Shown piece by piece: positions 57,256 through 57,931 of a DNA stretch of 57,931 nt (within the stretch, counting starts at the first letter, position 1; each line of letters starts with the position of its first letter). The notes beneath the pieces were generated by a model. The model searched no databases, was not told the DNA's origin, and saw only the letters and a program-made list of their open reading frames with translations. A program made the position numbers and the translations under genes. Source of the stretch: a virus (lineage: Duplodnaviria; Caudoviricetes); the IMG/VR virus record IMGVR_UViG_3300012667_000325, positions 1 to 57,931 of that record; one strand, written 5' to 3'.

Positions 57256-57888
57256 ATGAGCTACGTAATGACATATTCATCGCTGCTAGAAGACGTTCGC
57301 CGTTACCTTGAGCGCGGGTTCACCGCCGAGAGCGACCAAATCGTCTACGAGCAGCTTCCGCGCCTAGTTACCCTAGGTGAGCGGCGCATCGCACGTGAGT
57401 TGAAGATTACGGGCTTCATCACGGCGGTGACCACACCCCTGCAAGTCGGCGTTGCCGTGTACATGAAGCCTGACCGCTGGCGTGACACGGTGAGTATGTC
57501 GGTTAACAACCAGCCCATTTTCGCCCGCTCTTACGAGTACTGCCGTTCCTACTGGCCTGATGAGTCTTCCACCGGCACTCCTCAGTTCTACGCCGATTAC
57601 GACTACCAACATTGGCTATTCACCCCTACTCCGGACGCTACCAGTACGCTTGAAATTGTGTACTACGAGCAGCCGCCGTTCTTGGGTGAAGAGTTCCAAA
57701 CTAACTGGCTCACCGAGTACGCACCTGATGTGCTGTTGTACGCAACGCTGCTCGAAGCCACCCCGTTCCTCAAGAACGATGAACGCATCCAGACTTGGCA
57801 AATGATGTACGACCGCGCCGCGCAAGCGTTGAACGGTGAAGACCTCAAACGCATCTTGGATCGCACAGCCCAACGGAGTGAAGCATAA
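57256..57888 (+). CDS. Tail tubular protein A / adaptor-like protein
   Basis: MTYSSL..., GTPQFYA, PTPD and NWLTEYAPDVLLYATLLEA motifs. GGAG RBS before ATG 57256; runs into the gene at position 12 across the join. Confidence 0.72.
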   Translation: MSYVMTYSSLLEDVRRYLERGFTAESDQIVYEQLPRLVTLGERRIARELKITGFITAVTTPLQVGVAVYMKPDRWRDTVSMSVNNQPIFARSYEYCRSYWPDESSTGTPQFYADYDYQHWLFTPTPDATSTLEIVYYEQPPFLGEEFQTNWLTEYAPDVLLYATLLEATPFLKNDERIQTWQMMYDRAAQALNGEDLKRILDRTAQRSEA

Positions 57889-57931
57889 TGACGACATACA
57901 CCAACGTATTTGGTGGCGCTAACATCTACCC
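57877..57931. repeat. Terminal 55-bp exact direct repeat (copy 2)
   Basis: Identical to bases 1-55. Confidence 0.97.

Noticed and set aside
1-57931. tRNA genes or stop-codon recoding
   Set aside because: No cloverleaf was recognised in the intergenic gaps, and core genes are intact under the standard bacterial code. A tRNAscan-SE run would confirm.

Overview
The window is an apparently complete circular genome (about 57,876 bp unique) of a lytic, podovirus-like tailed phage. Bases 1-55 are repeated exactly at 57877-57931, and the gene junction reads through that join. There are three blocks. (1) A rightward structural arm, ~31.8 kb through the join to 9.4 kb: terminase, portal, GroES-like protein, scaffold, major capsid, tail fibres, lysis genes, tail tube proteins and ejection proteins. 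(2) A leftward replication/modification arm, 25.7 to 9.4 kb. (3) A rightward helicase/primase arm, 25.9 to 31.5 kb. I saw no integrase, repressor, RNA polymerase or tRNA. The main result is a thymidine-hypermodification operon running into a family-B DNA polymerase: PLP enzyme, amino acid:DNA transferase, P-loop kinase, 5-hmdU DNA kinase helical domain, dUMP hydroxymethylase, HD nucleotidase and DUF3310. Alongside it, the T-free site CCSGG appears to be avoided almost genome-wide, while T-containing CCWGG is used freely. Other candidates are a double-pseudoknot RNA after the capsid gene, a second structured leader RNA, an iteron-like repeat field before terS, a phage-specific promoter box, a repeated ATAACT leader motif, and an [aromatic/hydrophobic]-A/K-x-G-G motif shared by several putative virion-internal proteins. 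All family assignments come from recognising motifs by eye; no database search was run.
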